A stretch of DNA of 62,706 nucleotides, the filler included, from Diploschistes diacapsis (lineage: Eukaryota): assembly GCA_023645945.1 (NCBI GenBank). It is 15 parts of 15 records of this genome, joined end to end, with 100 filler letters (N's around TTAATTAATTAA, not from the genome) between each part and the next. Parts side by side here need not be neighbours in the genome. Positions count along the whole stretch, not along the records: positions 1 to 1,435 come from JALAIB010003098.1; positions 1,536 to 2,969 come from JALAIB010003099.1; positions 3,070 to 24,419 come from JALAIB010000310.1; 12 more parts are not named here. The stretch is one strand, 5' to 3'. The notes under the pieces are model-generated. The model made no database searches. It saw nothing but the letters and a program-made list of their open reading frames with translations, and was not told the DNA's origin. Shown here one piece after another: positions 1-12,630 of the stretch. Every line of letters starts with the position of its first letter. Position 1 is the first letter of the stretch. The position numbers were made by a program, and so were the translations under genes.

Positions 1-959
1 GATACATTAGATCTATATAACGCCATTTAAAGGATGTAACGTCCCTAAGAATACTATCTTAAAAATCAATAAGAACTTATGCGAATTAAAGCAGGCAGCA
101 AAAGACTAAAACGAAGAATACGATAATACAATTTTAAACTTAAGATTTAAAAGATACGACGTCGATCTTTATATCTTCATTTTATAAAATCGAAAACTAT
201 TAATTGGCTTATACGTCGACGATATTATGGTAATAGTACCTAAATTACAAAACGTAAACTAGTTTAAAAGAACTTTTGCTGAACGTTATAAAATTAAAGA
301 TCTAAAATATTATTAAATAAACGTTAATAATACGTTTACGGAAGCGTCGTTGACGTATTAGATTTATATAACATTATTTGAAGGATATAACGTCCCTAAG
401 AATACTATCTTAAAAATCAATAAAAGCTTATACGGACTAAAATAAGCAACAAAAAATTAATATAAAAAATATAATAATATAAAATTAAATCTAGGATTTA
501 AAAGATACGACGCCGATTCTTATGTTTTTATTTTATAAGGTCGAAAGTTACTAATTAATTTATACGTCGACGACATTATCGTGGTAATATTTGAATTACG
601 AGACGTGAACTGGTTTAAGAAAACCCTCGTTGAACGCTATAAGATCAAGAATCTGGAAAAGATTAAAAAGATTTTAGAAATAAGAATTCAGCGATAACGC
701 TAAGGAATAATTCAGCTGAACTTTAATCAAGAAGCTTACGTTGAAAAGATGCTCGACCGGTTCAAGATAACAACGGACACGCACAAAGATTAAAAGGTCT
801 TATTTAATGGATATAACGGTATTAAATAAAGCGACTCGCTTAAATCAACGGATAAGGTTTAATATTAAGAAATAATTAATAATATTATATATATAATAAT
901 CTATATTAGATTAGATATTGCTTTCGTAATTAAGAAATTTAATTAATATATAAATAACC
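1..959 (+). mobile_element. RIP-degraded Ty1/Copia reverse transcriptase remnant with an internal 351-bp tandem duplication
   Basis: Reading through the stops gives IYxTP..KINKSLYGLK*A..LLIGLYVDDI..YKIKDL..NQEAYVEKMLDRFK..IRLDIAF. The YVDD catalytic motif occurs twice (~210 and ~561). Many TAA/TAG codons are consistent with C>T/G>A mutation. Confidence 0.9.
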
Positions 960-1435
960 TAGGCTAGCCGTTTCGTGCTACGGATACTTCTACGGACATT
1001 ATCGAGAAAATTTTTTAAACACGATATTGCCACGAACACTACCGCTAAAATTTTAAAACACGGACATTTTCACGGATACTACGCTATAATAAAAACACGG
1101 ACACGGACATTACGATTAAAAATTTTAAAATACGGATACTTTTACGGATATTACCGCTAAAATTTTTAAAACACGATATTATCACGGATATTATATTATA
1201 ATAAATTTATTGAAATATTATCGTGAATCTATCGAAATACAGCGGTGAAAAAATAAAAGCGTAAAAAATAAATATAATAATTTTAGAATTATTAAAAAAT
1301 AAATATTATTTAAAAATATTTCTATAAATACACGGATACGGCAATAAATCTATTAACACGAATATTACGATTAAAAATTTTAAAATACGGATACTTTTAC
1401 GGATATTACACTGTAGTAAAAGCACGGACACGGAT
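960..1435. mobile_element. MITE copy (TAGGCTGGCCGT family), truncated by the contig end, interrupting the Copia RT
   Basis: Begins TAGGCTAGCCGTTTCGTGC and contains arrays of CACGGACAC-like subrepeats. Matches the copies at 36415 and 37301. Confidence 0.85.
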
Positions 1436-1535
1436 NNNNNNNNNNNNNNNNNNNNNNNNNNNNNNNNNNNNNNNNNNNNTTAATTAATTAANNNNNNNNN
1501 NNNNNNNNNNNNNNNNNNNNNNNNNNNNNNNNNNN
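1436..1535. other. Artificial contig linker (N44-TTAATTAATTAA-N44, six-frame stop spacer); first of 14
   Basis: Identical 100-nt linkers start at 1436, 2970, 24420, 25954, 27488, 29021, 30554, 32086, 33618, 35148, 36678, 38208, 39738 and 61178. Confidence 0.99.
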
Positions 1536-2175
1536 TTTTTAATTAAATCTTTAAATCCGTCCTTATATATTTCCATCAAGACTTCCTTATTTTATCTAAT
1601 TAATCTAACGTATTCCTAAAATTTCGCCGTATATTCTAAAACCGAGCTTCTTTAGTTAACTATCTTGATAACTCGAATCGCATATTTTCTATCGTTGGTT
1701 ATCTCGAAGGCCAGTCGGACCTATTTTTTGAACCCCGCGAAGTTTTTAAACATTCCGTAACTGTTTTCTTAACTTCTTAAATATACGTCGAGATAAAGTC
1801 TCATTTATATTAATACGCGGTCACGTATGAATCCTACGACGAAGATTATTCGTTTCCCTTAATCATCTATGATATACGGGTTCTAATAGAAATATATTGA
1901 GAATTAAAGTATCTAATATTCTAGTTTCTTTCGATCTCCATAGAACATTATTAACTTTACAGCTTTTATAGTGGATTTTCTATACGATTTATCTTCGTCG
2001 AATTCATCGTTACTTCCGAGATCGTCGCCTCTGGCTTCCGCTATATCCTCTATACGGACATCGGTTTTATTTAATAACGTTACTACCCTAAATACGCGAA
2101 GTATTACGGATTTAATTATCGATAACGATCGCCCGGTTATATTATTAATAATACTCATTCTTAAAAATGTTCTAG
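1536..2175 (-). mobile_element. RIP-degraded Ty3/Gypsy gag remnant
   Basis: Minus strand reads IKAVKLIMFYGDRKKLEY*IL*FSIYF...KRIIFVVGFIRDRVL...LEYTAKF, the F-x-G-D-R..L..W/F pattern of fungal Ty3 gag, riddled with stops. Confidence 0.7.
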
Positions 2176-2629
2176 TATTATGATCTCTATCTATATAAAG
2201 TATACACGAGTAAAATCAAGATGGATTTAATTTCTATTAAAAAAGAAATATAACAAAAAAAGAAGATAAAACAATCATAAATCTTAGACTATCTCTAGAA
2301 AAAAGGTTCTTTAATGATAGAAATAACGAATATAAATTGATCCCGAGCAGTAGCTAAGGATGTCTATAAAAGTGAACACGCCCTAGATTTATAGAAGCCA
2401 TAACGACGTTCTTATATAACCAACAGCTCCCTTAGTAAAATAGATGAATAGATAAATAAAACTACCGTTCTCCCTTTCTACCCACGACTAAGTAGAATGA
2501 TCTCCCAGACCTTCTACTCATCACGTGACCCGTGTCACCCTAATTGGACTATATACAAGGAATGGTTAGGAAATGCCCGACTAGCTGTTGCGTGCCAAGT
2601 ACTACCGACTAGTGACTTGGATCGTAACA
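2176..2629 (+). mobile_element. Solo LTR, long family L1 (~454 bp)
   Basis: Inverted termini T(G>A)TTATGATC...GATCGTAACA. Homologous to 28708-29020, 31643-32076, 32653-33109 and 37716-37900. Confidence 0.8.
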
Positions 2630-3069
2630 TATTTATCCTAAGATCCTAATTTTACGCGCGAGGAAGAAAAAGAAAAAGAATGTATTAAAACGGCCGACGA
2701 TCTAGAATCTAAAGAAGAATTTATTAGCGAGATTAATTTTATTAAGATATTATAGGAAATGGACTTGGATTTTATATAAAATAATATATTTTTTTTTAGT
2801 TTATGATTCGATAATTAAAGGTTTAAAAAAGGATAACGATAATAAAACATTTTAAATATCGGGTACATATTACTTCTCACGTTTATTTCTTATAATATCA
2901 TAAATTATATATATAAAATTAATAATCGTTATAGATAACTTAAAAGAACTTTATTTGTTTATAAATAACNNNNNNNNNNNNNNNNNNNNNNNNNNNNNNN
3001 NNNNNNNNNNNNNTTAATTAATTAANNNNNNNNNNNNNNNNNNNNNNNNNNNNNNNNNNNNNNNNNNNN

Positions 3070-4765
3070 CAATCCCCGTCTGCGCCCTCATGACCTCCTC
3101 CCTCCCCGCGCCCGTCTGCTCCTCCGTCAAGCCAAGCTCCAGCCGCCCCACCACCGCGGCCAGCAGGCACGCAAACTCGGCCCTCGCGAACCCCATCCCG
3201 ATGCAGCTCCGCGGCCCGTGCAGGAAGGTCAGGTTCGAAAAGTTGCTCTCCGCGCCCCCGCTGTTGGCCTTCCCCTCGCCGAGCCAACGCTCCGGCTTGA
3301 ACTCGCCGGCGTCGGCGCCCCACTGCTCCGTGCTGAAGTTGACGGCCCACGGCACGACGAACACCGAGGTGCCCTTGGGAATGCGCTGGCCGAGGACCGT
3401 GGTGTCGTGGACCGCGACGCGGCGCGTGATGGGCACGGGCGCGTGGAAGCGGAGCACCTCGTTGCAGACGGCGTGCAGCAGGGGGACGCACCTGTCCATC
3501 AGGTCGGCCGTCATGGGCGCGCCGGCGTGGCCGTCGGGTTTGCGGGGCGGGGGCAGCTGGGCGCGGATCTCGGCGCGCAGGCGGGCCTGCAGCGCGGGCC
3601 GCTGCGCGAGCTCGAGCAGGGCCCAGCTGGTGGCGGTTGCGGTGGTCTCGTGGCCGGCGGCCAGGAAGGTCATGGTTTGGTCGACGAGGTTCTCCACGCT
3701 GAAGCCGCCGGAGGACAGCGCGACGGAGAGGATGTCCTTGTCGCCGGTTGGGCCGGCGTTGGCGGTGCTGTTGCGCATCTTGGCTTGCTTCTCCGTGATG
3801 AGACTGCGCGAGACGCTGCGGATGCGCTGGGCCGCGCTGGTGATGTCGCGGTTGCGCTGGAGTGGGAGCCGAGTCAGCAGGCCGAGGGGCAGGATCTGCG
3901 AGAGCACAAAGAGGGAGCGCGCGCCGAAGCTATTGCCGCCGCCGAAGACGCGGCGGTAGATCTGGTTGAGCTCATTGTTGGGGTCGTGGATCGCGTTGAA
4001 GTTGAAGCCCATGCCTGCTATACCGATGATGTCGAGCGTGCAGCGAGATAGCCAGTTGCCCATGTCGGTGATGGTGCCTTTGGAGTTGGTGTCAATGTTG
4101 GACGCGTTTTTGCCGGCGATCTCGGCGACGACGGCGTCCACCATCTCACTCGATTTCTCCCAGAAGACGGAGTACAGGTCGCGGATGTGATGGTACTTGA
4201 AGGCCGGCATGAGGTTCTTGCGCTGCTGTCTGTGCTCGTCGCCTTCGGCCAGTAGAACGCCGAAGCCGAGGAGCCGGCCGAGCGTGTAACGGGCGTCAGC
4301 AGGCTTCTGGAATTCATAGCTCTTGGTTACGAGAACTTCTGATAGCGCCTTGGGGCTAGCGAGGAGGACCCGCTCGCGGTTAAAAATGTGCGTGTAGCGG
4401 ATCAGGCCGTCATTGGGGACGGAGTTGATCCAGTTCCTGTGCGGGATACCAACCTCTTCCTTCATAATGATCCTACCATGGCCCGTGAAGAAGCCTGCAC
4501 CCTATTATCTGTTAGTTGAATCGGGTAGATTAACAGGTGCTTCTGCACTTACTGGTGGCGTCGGGAGATGTCGAAGCGGACTGAAGAACTTCGGGTACAG
4601 TACTACGCTCCACGTGAAAGATGCGGCTGCAAGTACCACGAAGCCTGTGATAAAAGTGATAGTCGCGGATCCTAGAACGGCAAATTCTGGGATATGATGG
4701 ACGGTCAAGTATGTGGCCAGTGCAGCGAGGCCGGCTAGGACGAGCGGGCTATTCAGAGACGCCAT
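3070..4765 (-). CDS. Cytochrome P450 monooxygenase; 2 exons (4765-4553, 4501-3070); 3' end cut by the contig end
   Basis: N-terminal TM anchor and Pro hinge (FSPLRHLPTPP), I-helix AAGHETT, EVLR (ExxR), PERW and heme motif FLHGPRSCIG. The 51-nt intron 4502-4552 (GTAAGT..CTAAC..TAG) keeps frame. Confidence 0.96.
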
Positions 4766-5132
4766 TGCCAGAGGCTCTTGAACAGTATTGTTGCAGCCGA
4801 TCAGCAAGATAGAAATAAACACACAAAGGAGACCTTTCCAGAGCTCGAGAAAAGTTTGAAAACTGCTAATGGAGAAAACTCATATGTATGAATTTTTCTG
4901 AAATGGCATGGCAGGAAAACAAATTAGGAAAGATACTCTTTATATCAAGTGACAGCCTATTGCTTATCGAATCCTTAGGAACAGCCAGGATGCGCCACAT
5001 CAAGCAACAGCTTTCCACATACGCAGTCAAAAAGTCGGCCATACAGTTCGGACTATCGGAGGAAGTAGAGAAACCGATAGTTTCTTTTTGAGATTCAAGG
5101 ATCGACCAGGAGGTTGATGTTGTTATTATTTG

Positions 5133-5138
5133 CCTCGG
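5133..5138. promoter_or_regulatory. Single CCTCGG (FarA/FarB-type Zn2Cys6 motif) ~370 bp upstream of the P450
   Basis: Exact hexamer match only; one copy is expected fairly often by chance. Confidence 0.2.
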
Positions 5139-5678
5139 TTCGTAAAAGTACACCAATGATATACCAGTAGGACCACCAACTTTGGCCTCCTCGTTTCGCT
5201 CGTTTACTAGTAGATTGAACCCGAGCAATCCGAAATGCAGCCCCATGAGGTTCTGCTCGCAATGAACTGCTCGTTTCTGTTGTTTGAGACTCGTCCTTTA
5301 TCACTTGTTCTAAAGCGGTAATGCATGCGAATCTCCGCCGCTCATCGAAACACTCGAATTTCATGAGCCACTGTCAACATCAAACGGCCCCATAAGCTGT
5401 CACCCTCCAGAGAATCTATTATACATCGAAACAATCCTAGACACCCGTCGCTATGCATAATGCTACCAGATGCGTATCAAAATGCAATCGCTGGCCTCGT
5501 TCTAACACGCCATGTTGTCATATCGTGATCTACCAGCCCCTTTCTTGACCGGAAAATAGACTCTTCTAAATCACGCCTTATTAAGTAATTGGAGATGGAG
5601 GGGAGAACAAGCGTGGCTCCCATTCGTACAGGAAGTCGAGCGCTCTGAATCGTAGTTTTCGGGATCTTTTTAGCTGCA

Positions 5679-6331
5679 TCATACAACCATGGGTGCGCGT
5701 GATGGTTCTGGTGCTTGCGATGGCATTGGCGGTGCCTGTGACAGAAATTCAGTTCTCGCTCGTCGATCTTCTCCAGCTGTGAACAAACCTCTAGTTTCGT
5801 CTGATCTGCCATCATCCTTTGGAATCCAATGCCCACGCCTTCGATGACCGCGAGCAGGCATCCGCACATGATTGCGGATTGGAAAGCTGCCCTGCGGCCT
5901 CCTCTTATGGCGAGCGCGCCTCCTGTGAAAAACCCTGCGATGACTGCGCACAGTTTAGTCGCAGGCCCCTTTCCGACGCAGTAATGATGTATCCTTACTC
6001 GCATTGTACGGGTCTTCCTTTTTCCTAACGCCCTTGACCGCGCAGTCAAACGATGAGAAAAGACCGCCCCATACGCCAAAGTTCCCTCCCAGTACCGGCG
6101 CTCTGGCTTTTATCGCGGTGAGAGCACCTATCCTTCGCTCACCGTAAGGGCTGTTCCGAAACCCCTTCACGCCGTGCCATACTGCCCCTCCGATGGCCTA
6201 TTCATCGAGTGTCAGCCTGTGCGCTCTACATTAAAGAAAGTTGGGGCCGTTTGCCCACAAACACCCATAGCGAAAGCCCCCCCGAAGTCGCTGAGCGCTA
6301 CCCACGGGCAGGGATCTCGCGAGTGATCCAT
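5679..6331 (-). CDS. TIM17: Mitochondrial inner membrane translocase subunit Tim17 (159 aa; exons 6331-6263, 6197-5999, 5943-5789, 5735-5679)
   Basis: [45 protein letters not shown]...[39 protein letters not shown]. Spliced length is 480 nt, in frame. Confidence 0.97.
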
Positions 6332-6880
6332 ACTGGCGCCACTGTCATACTGTGGCATGCTGATCTGAAGGAGATGGGGCGAGTGAGTCGCCTTCGATGA
6401 CCAAGACGACAACCCGCGACTGAAGTGTAAGCAGACGAAACGACCGCAATAGCGCCTAGTACAGCAGGTAGGATAAAATTTGCTTGTCGGGGAGGATAAA
6501 GGATGTACGTGGTTGATAGGACTTCAGGGTGCTCTGCTTGCTATCAATGAGGCAATAATCCGTACAAGAAACTTTTTGACCTTCATGCCGAGAAGATAAC
6601 CGCTAAACCATAAATGGCTTAGCTCTTATTTGTTGGCCTGTGACTGTGAAGCAACTTCCCAAACTTGAAGTCCATGCCCGCAAATCTAGCTATGCTGGGC
6701 TTTCCTAACTCACTGCATCTTGATGTGAAGGCTAATCTGCATCTTGGAAAATCTATACAGACAGGCCTCCCTTGTCTATATTGCGCAAGCCCTAATGTAT
6801 GTACAGCTGAAGAAGTTAAGCGCACCCGCGATTAAAGATAAATGTATCGCCTGAGAAGAACAGGATCAACAAGTGCCACA

Positions 6881-9800
6881 TTATGCAGCAGCATTACCGC
6901 TGGCGCCGGCGCCGCCTCCTCGTCTCCCTCTTATAATAGCCCCACCTCTCGAGATTCCGGTAACGGTCTGACCAACAGGGACGCTACTAGCTTCTCTGCT
7001 AGCTGGGTCTCCACCTTCTTTACTCCCTCCTCCCTGCTCCTTGGCTTTCCCCATGCTCCCAGCGGCGGCACTACCACCTCTCCTACCTCTCCTACCCCTG
7101 GATCCCCTGCCGCCCTTTTCATTCCTGACCTTTGCCGCTTCTTCAGCCTCCATCCTTGCTTTTGTCGCTTTTTCTTCCTGGTTCCACCACTCCTGGAACG
7201 CCTGCTCCTCTTGGATTTCAATGAGAGAGCGTTTAGCGGCGACTTCCTTGAGTATGTCCTTCTCTGACTGCTGCTGCGCAAGAATATCCGCCATTGTGAG
7301 TTGGAGTGTAGGCTCCGCTGATGTGGGGTCGTGTTTGATGGAACGAGACGTCGTAAGAGACGAGGTGGAGGCGGAGGGAATAGGAGTGGGACCCGAGGGA
7401 ATGGTGGTGGCAGAGGAGGATGCCGAAGCTATCGGCTGGGATACATTTCGCTTGGGTTGCTGTGGAGGTTGCGAGGGCGCTGACGTAGTGGTCTGGTAAG
7501 AAGCTTTGCGCTGGGTCGTAATATTCCCAGGAACTGTCTGACGTAAAGTTAACGACGGGGAACGGCGAGATTTGCTTGCTGACGGGCTCGGAGGTGGAGG
7601 CTCTTTGGGGCCGCTGAAGATTTCTGTCAGGGACACCTTAGGGCCAACGGGCGCGAGCTGCCACGGCGATTGCTTTGGCTGAGAAGATCCTTGTGAGGGC
7701 GTTGCTGCGGGTGATGTAGGTGCAAGCTGCTGAGAGGTAGTAGCTTGCTGTCTCTGCTTTTGTTGCTGTCGTTTCCGCTCCTTCTGAGACAGCTTTCCAC
7801 CAGGCACTGACTTCACCGTGGAGTCGTTGCTTGCGCCAGAGATAGCCTTGGATATGTTGGACTGTCGTACTTCAGACGCTTGCGCCATGATTTGCTTCAT
7901 GTCTAATTTGTCTGCATTGAAGGAAGCGCTGGCCCATGGTGCTGCCGTATCAGGTGCCGAATAATGGAGCTGCCCAAGGGATCTTTGGTTGCCGAGGGAC
8001 GTGGGTAAATTTAGAGCAGAAACTGATCCTACTACCGGACTTGGTGACGCTGCACGCGACCCCTTGTCCCAATGAGATGATGGAGTTCTACCCCTAGAAG
8101 ACGGTGGAGTTCGAAGCTGCCAAGTGTCGTGTCCTTGTGCTAACTCTTGCGATTCGAGCTGTGGGCTCATTGTACCTTTATAGCTACTTGACGAAATACC
8201 GGAATCATCTTCCATGTCAAATACGAGATCTGAAGGAGACTTTCTTGCCACAAACGCAGGACTTTTCGCTCCAAGCACTGGGCTTTTGCCCGCAGCTCTT
8301 GAGAGCTTGCCAGCTCTAGCTTCGTCCTCGTGGAGACGCGACTGAAGGGCCATTGAGTCAATCTTTCTCTGACGAGACCTATCGAGCAAATCAAGAAGCT
8401 CAGGATGCCGGTCAAGCAGCTCATGTTCAGCTCTGCCGCTCTTTACAATCGGGAAAGCGTTGAGCTGATTTTGTCGGATCATCTCATTTAGATCTTCCAT
8501 CAGATCATCATTTAGCTCATCAAGAAGGCTTTTTTCACGTTAGGAGACACGCTTCTGTCGAGGGATTTGAGGACTTACCGATTCTCAAGCATGCCTTCCA
8601 GGTTGAGACACATGTACTCAAGGGCAGCATCTCTAAACCCAGTAACAGAACAAGGCGCGACTGCGTTGAGAAGCTGGCATACATTTCTGGAGGTCACTGA
8701 TCGCATTCAGCTACGGCCTTGCAGAATGGAAGCATACTCTTACCGTGTTTCCCAAGGACCTCCTGACACACCTGGGCCAGTCGATCTAGCATTAACTCGT
8801 TTGCAATAGCCATGACATCCAAGACCAGATCCAAGAATGTATCCAGGTCTGAAGCTTTGGCGTCTTCGAATATATCAACGCCCACGTCAGCGTAAAGGTA
8901 GCGAAGGACCAAATCGAACACTAATGGGTCGACATGTTTCAGGTCGACCTTGATGAGCTCACTAGGCCCGTCAAGCTCTTCTCGTCTCGATGATAACCAT
9001 CCACCACCAGCCCGGCCATTGAACAAACTATCAAAGAATGGACATCTTTGACAGATCAAAGCGCCATGGACCTTCCTATTATCGCCATCCAGCTCGATTT
9101 CTACATCTCCCGTCTCAAAAAAGTCGGCGTTCGTGATAACCCTGTCCAAATCCTTGTGTAATTGCTTTGATGGCTCCGACATCAATCTTGCAGCACGCTC
9201 TAAGCCTTTAAGTTCCAGCTGTCCTGCGACCTTCATCACTTCTGTTCGCACTTGACGGTAAGCGTAGGTCATTGTTGGAGCTTGTCTAGTGAATTGCCAG
9301 ACATCAATGATTCCATCGGTATAGACGTAGAATATAATATTCAGCAATGTCAGGATATCTATTCCTTGAAACAGAATGACAGCCTGGCCCTTCCTGTCGT
9401 ATTCTATTGACAGCACATCTGCGATGCTGTAGAAGTACTCCTGACTGAATCGCTGCAGTCCCGTCCGTAAAGGCTCGCTTCGAGCGGCCAGTAGGAAGGC
9501 ATGGCAGGGGATTCGAATCTCCGAAAGGGACGTACCCACCTCGACATCACACGTCGCCAAGTCGGTTTCGCTAAGCTTGGAGATGGATCTCTGGATATCT
9601 GAATCGATAGCTTTCGATTTGACAATACTCCAGCGGATCAAAGCAGGGCTATAGGAGTCCTTCTTCGGCATCCAAAACCTTGGCAGTGGCTCCTCTGTTT
9701 CCGAATCCTCAGTTGATGCAAGATCCCGAAACGGCAGTAGGCTGAAGACGTCCCTCCACAGGTTACTTGGCTCGACAGGAATTTGTTTTCTGAGCACATC

Positions 9801-11819
9801 GCAGTCTTTCCTGACCGTTGCGAAAGCACCAAAGGCATTGCTACGAACAGCAGCCGTGCGGGTCAAGCCGGGCACACGAGAGAACTTGTAGTCTTTGACA
9901 TGTCCGCCGGCAGTAGACGTGTCTTTTATTTTTGCGCGTTTCTCACGCCTCCATACAGAGCCAGCGGCTGTGCAAATAATCACAGATCCATCTTGTCCCA
10001 CATCAACATCTATTGCAGCCATGTGACTCTTTCGCAGTGACCATAGCTCTTGCGGTTTAGACAAAGCTCCCCGAATCTTGGCTGGGTTCGTAGTTGAAGC
10101 GTCTGGAGCTGAAGACTCGGATTTCAGGCTCACGGTGAAGACTGCCCCTTCACTGGAAAGAGCACATATGCTGCTGCCCCCCGAGCATATCTTCACCACG
10201 TGGTTAGACAAGCCGCTACGCCTGGCACCAAAGAAGCTGTTTTTTGCAAGCTGGAATGAGAAATTATCGAGGTCGAACTGAACTCTAGAGTACCCGTAAT
10301 TTGCAAAGACCCAAACCTCATGGTTCTCAAGCAAGCATATTGTGGCCTTATCAATGGCAGACACCATAACGATCGAGCTTGAAAACAGCGACGCAGCGAC
10401 CTTGCGCGGAACCACCTGCATTTCCAAAGATCTTGCGTCAGCGTCTACCAAGCCTAGCTGGCCTTCATTTTTGCCGAACGTGTAGAGCGAGGCTCCTGTA
10501 TGGACGATCGAGTGGGTTCGGGAAGCAGCGCACCCAATGACTATCTCACGCTTAAGTGGTCCGAATATTTGTCGAGGAATAAGCTGAATCTGGTCTTCAT
10601 CTCTCAAAGACTCGGTTGCTAGAGCATAGCCAAGCTGGCCGTAGACATTAGACCCCCAGCTGTGGATCTCACCATTGTCCGTCACTGCAAGAGAATGGTC
10701 CTGACCGAGCCCAATCGCTGTAATTTTCCGACTCGCAAGCCCGCCTCCACCGATCGGCGTAAATGAAAATCTCGTTTGGGTGTCACCAGTCCCGAGACGT
10801 CCTGCTGAGCCGTAACCACACATATAAAGGTTAGACTCGGGATCCATTGTCAAGACAGCGCTATGGAACTTCGCCAGCTGCACATCAAAGACGTTCGTAG
10901 GCCTAAATTGAACAAAGGCCGGCATGTTGTCAGGCGTGGGCAGTTCGGACGAGGCGCTTGAGCGAATCGAGGCATTTTCCGTCAGCGACGCCAAATGCTC
11001 TCGGTAGAGTTTTCGTATCAGGGGCAACGGCCGCTTGAGTGGTGGACGCTCCGGGAATTGGCGGTCATCCTCGTCCCCAAACCCGAGATTGAAATTCTTG
11101 TTCGAACCAAAAAAGTAGAATTCATCCCCATCGATTGCGGAGGCAGGGTCGAACACGGTCTGGTTTGGGTACCCATACTCGTCTTCGTCAGTCTCCTCCG
11201 AGGAAACGTCTGCGTTCTGTCCTGCACTGCGTGCAGAGAGCGCAGACTGATCGATTCTATGCGGCAATACCCGCGGCGCAATGGTCGTCCCATACACATC
11301 AAAGGGACTATTGCCCTCTTTATCCTTTATTTTGATAAGGCCGCCAGCGTGTGCGCCCGCATGCGCAGTCACGGCATCCTCGAAATCTCGTGCCATTAAG
11401 GCTCTGGCTATGGTAATATTGCCAAAATACAGCGCTCGGTGCAGTGACGTCCAGCCACTCTCCTGGTCTTGAACATACAGGTCTATCATCGGTGCCTGCA
11501 GCAGCGCTAAAGCAAAATCCGAGGCATTTTCGGCGCTCGAAGATGCCATATGGTGCAGAAGAGTAAGCCCATGACTATCTCTTGAGTTCAGCTCCGCTCT
11601 TGTGAGGGTTATACCCGCCGACTGCCTGCTGCCCTTGCCCTTGCCCTTTAACGCAGGCGAAGTTGATAGAGTCCGTCCTGGGCTTCCTGCTATCGCGCTG
11701 GACGAAGCGTTGGCGAGCGACGTTCGCGTATACGCACCGCTGAAAGTGGCGGTCGCCAACAGCTGGCGGAAGTTGTCAATGTCATCTTCGAGGTAGTATT
11801 TCCATAGATATTGACTCAT
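6881..11819 (-). CDS. Ankyrin + RCC1 + BTB/POZ domain protein (Btb1/IBTK-like Cul3 adaptor), 1613 aa; exons 11819-8744, 8696-8579, 8528-6881
   Basis: Ankyrin repeats (ESGWTSLHRALYFGN), RCC1 repeats (GRLGTGD, WGSNVYGQLG, FGKNEGQLG) and BTB domains (HAFLLAARS, HGALICQRCPFF). C-terminal SLIEIQEEQAFQEWW and RGG tail. Two canonical introns join the 1041-aa and 539-aa ORFs in frame. Confidence 0.92.
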
Positions 11820-12630
11820 ATGCCGGAAGGAGAAGAGGGGAACGGTGCCGAACCGTTCCCTTGTGTACCTCGCCCTCAGCGCCCCAGAGACGGGCGCGGC
11901 GGAAAGATAGGAAGGAAGGTCAGGAGGGTGTCAAAGTCGGCAGACGAGAAAGCGAGATGTGTGCTTATGTTCTTGGAACAATCTAGACTCTGATCGTCAC
12001 GATGCTGACTGAAAGTTTGCTGTAACGATTTCAGCTAAACAGCGGGATTTGCCCTAGAGAGTGAAGTCGATTAAAAGAGGGGGCAAAAAGAACTATAAAG
12101 TCGAGTAGGTGCCAGGTAAGTAGATCGCCTTGTCGTATCTACTGTATCCCGTCATGGCAATTGAAGGAGACTTGTTGTGCATAGACAGCACTGGCCAATC
12201 GCAAGCTGCCGATGCGCATGTGGGAGACGGAAAAAATAACTTCTCCATCTTGCGCGCATTTCGGCTATAAGGTGACTCACACTATACCTAGAGCCTTGGG
12301 TGGCTGTTTCGGAGACAAATATCCCAATATCATCAACTTCAGGGTGTTTGGATTCAGGAGAACGAAAACGTTCAGGACTACTCTATCTGCTAATGTCTGC
12401 AAGGCATCTAACTAGCTAGTCCAGTATGGTTCCCTTGCCTTGCTGCGCTACTGCAAGACATAGAAGCGGTGAGGCTACCGTGATTCGATGCAAGGTCCTT
12501 GCGCCAAACTTTGTTGACATATCAGTCTCTATCATTGGCCAACAAGCACAATGCGACTCAAGTTTGCAGTACAATGTATGTGCAAGGAGGTACGTACGGG
12601 AACAAAGAACCCCCTGTCGATCGCCATTGA

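Noticed and set aside
975..1160. Short repetitive ORFs inside MITEs (also 28185, 36426, 36430, 37285)
   Set aside because: By-products of the CACGGACAC subrepeats; frames and lengths are not conserved between copies.
1480..1491. Recurring TTAATTAATTAA motif every ~1.5 kb
   Set aside because: Always centred in N44 runs; it is an artificial six-frame stop linker.
3090..4051. 289-aa and 277-aa plus-strand ORFs
   Set aside because: Antisense shadows of the GC-rich P450 coding sequence.
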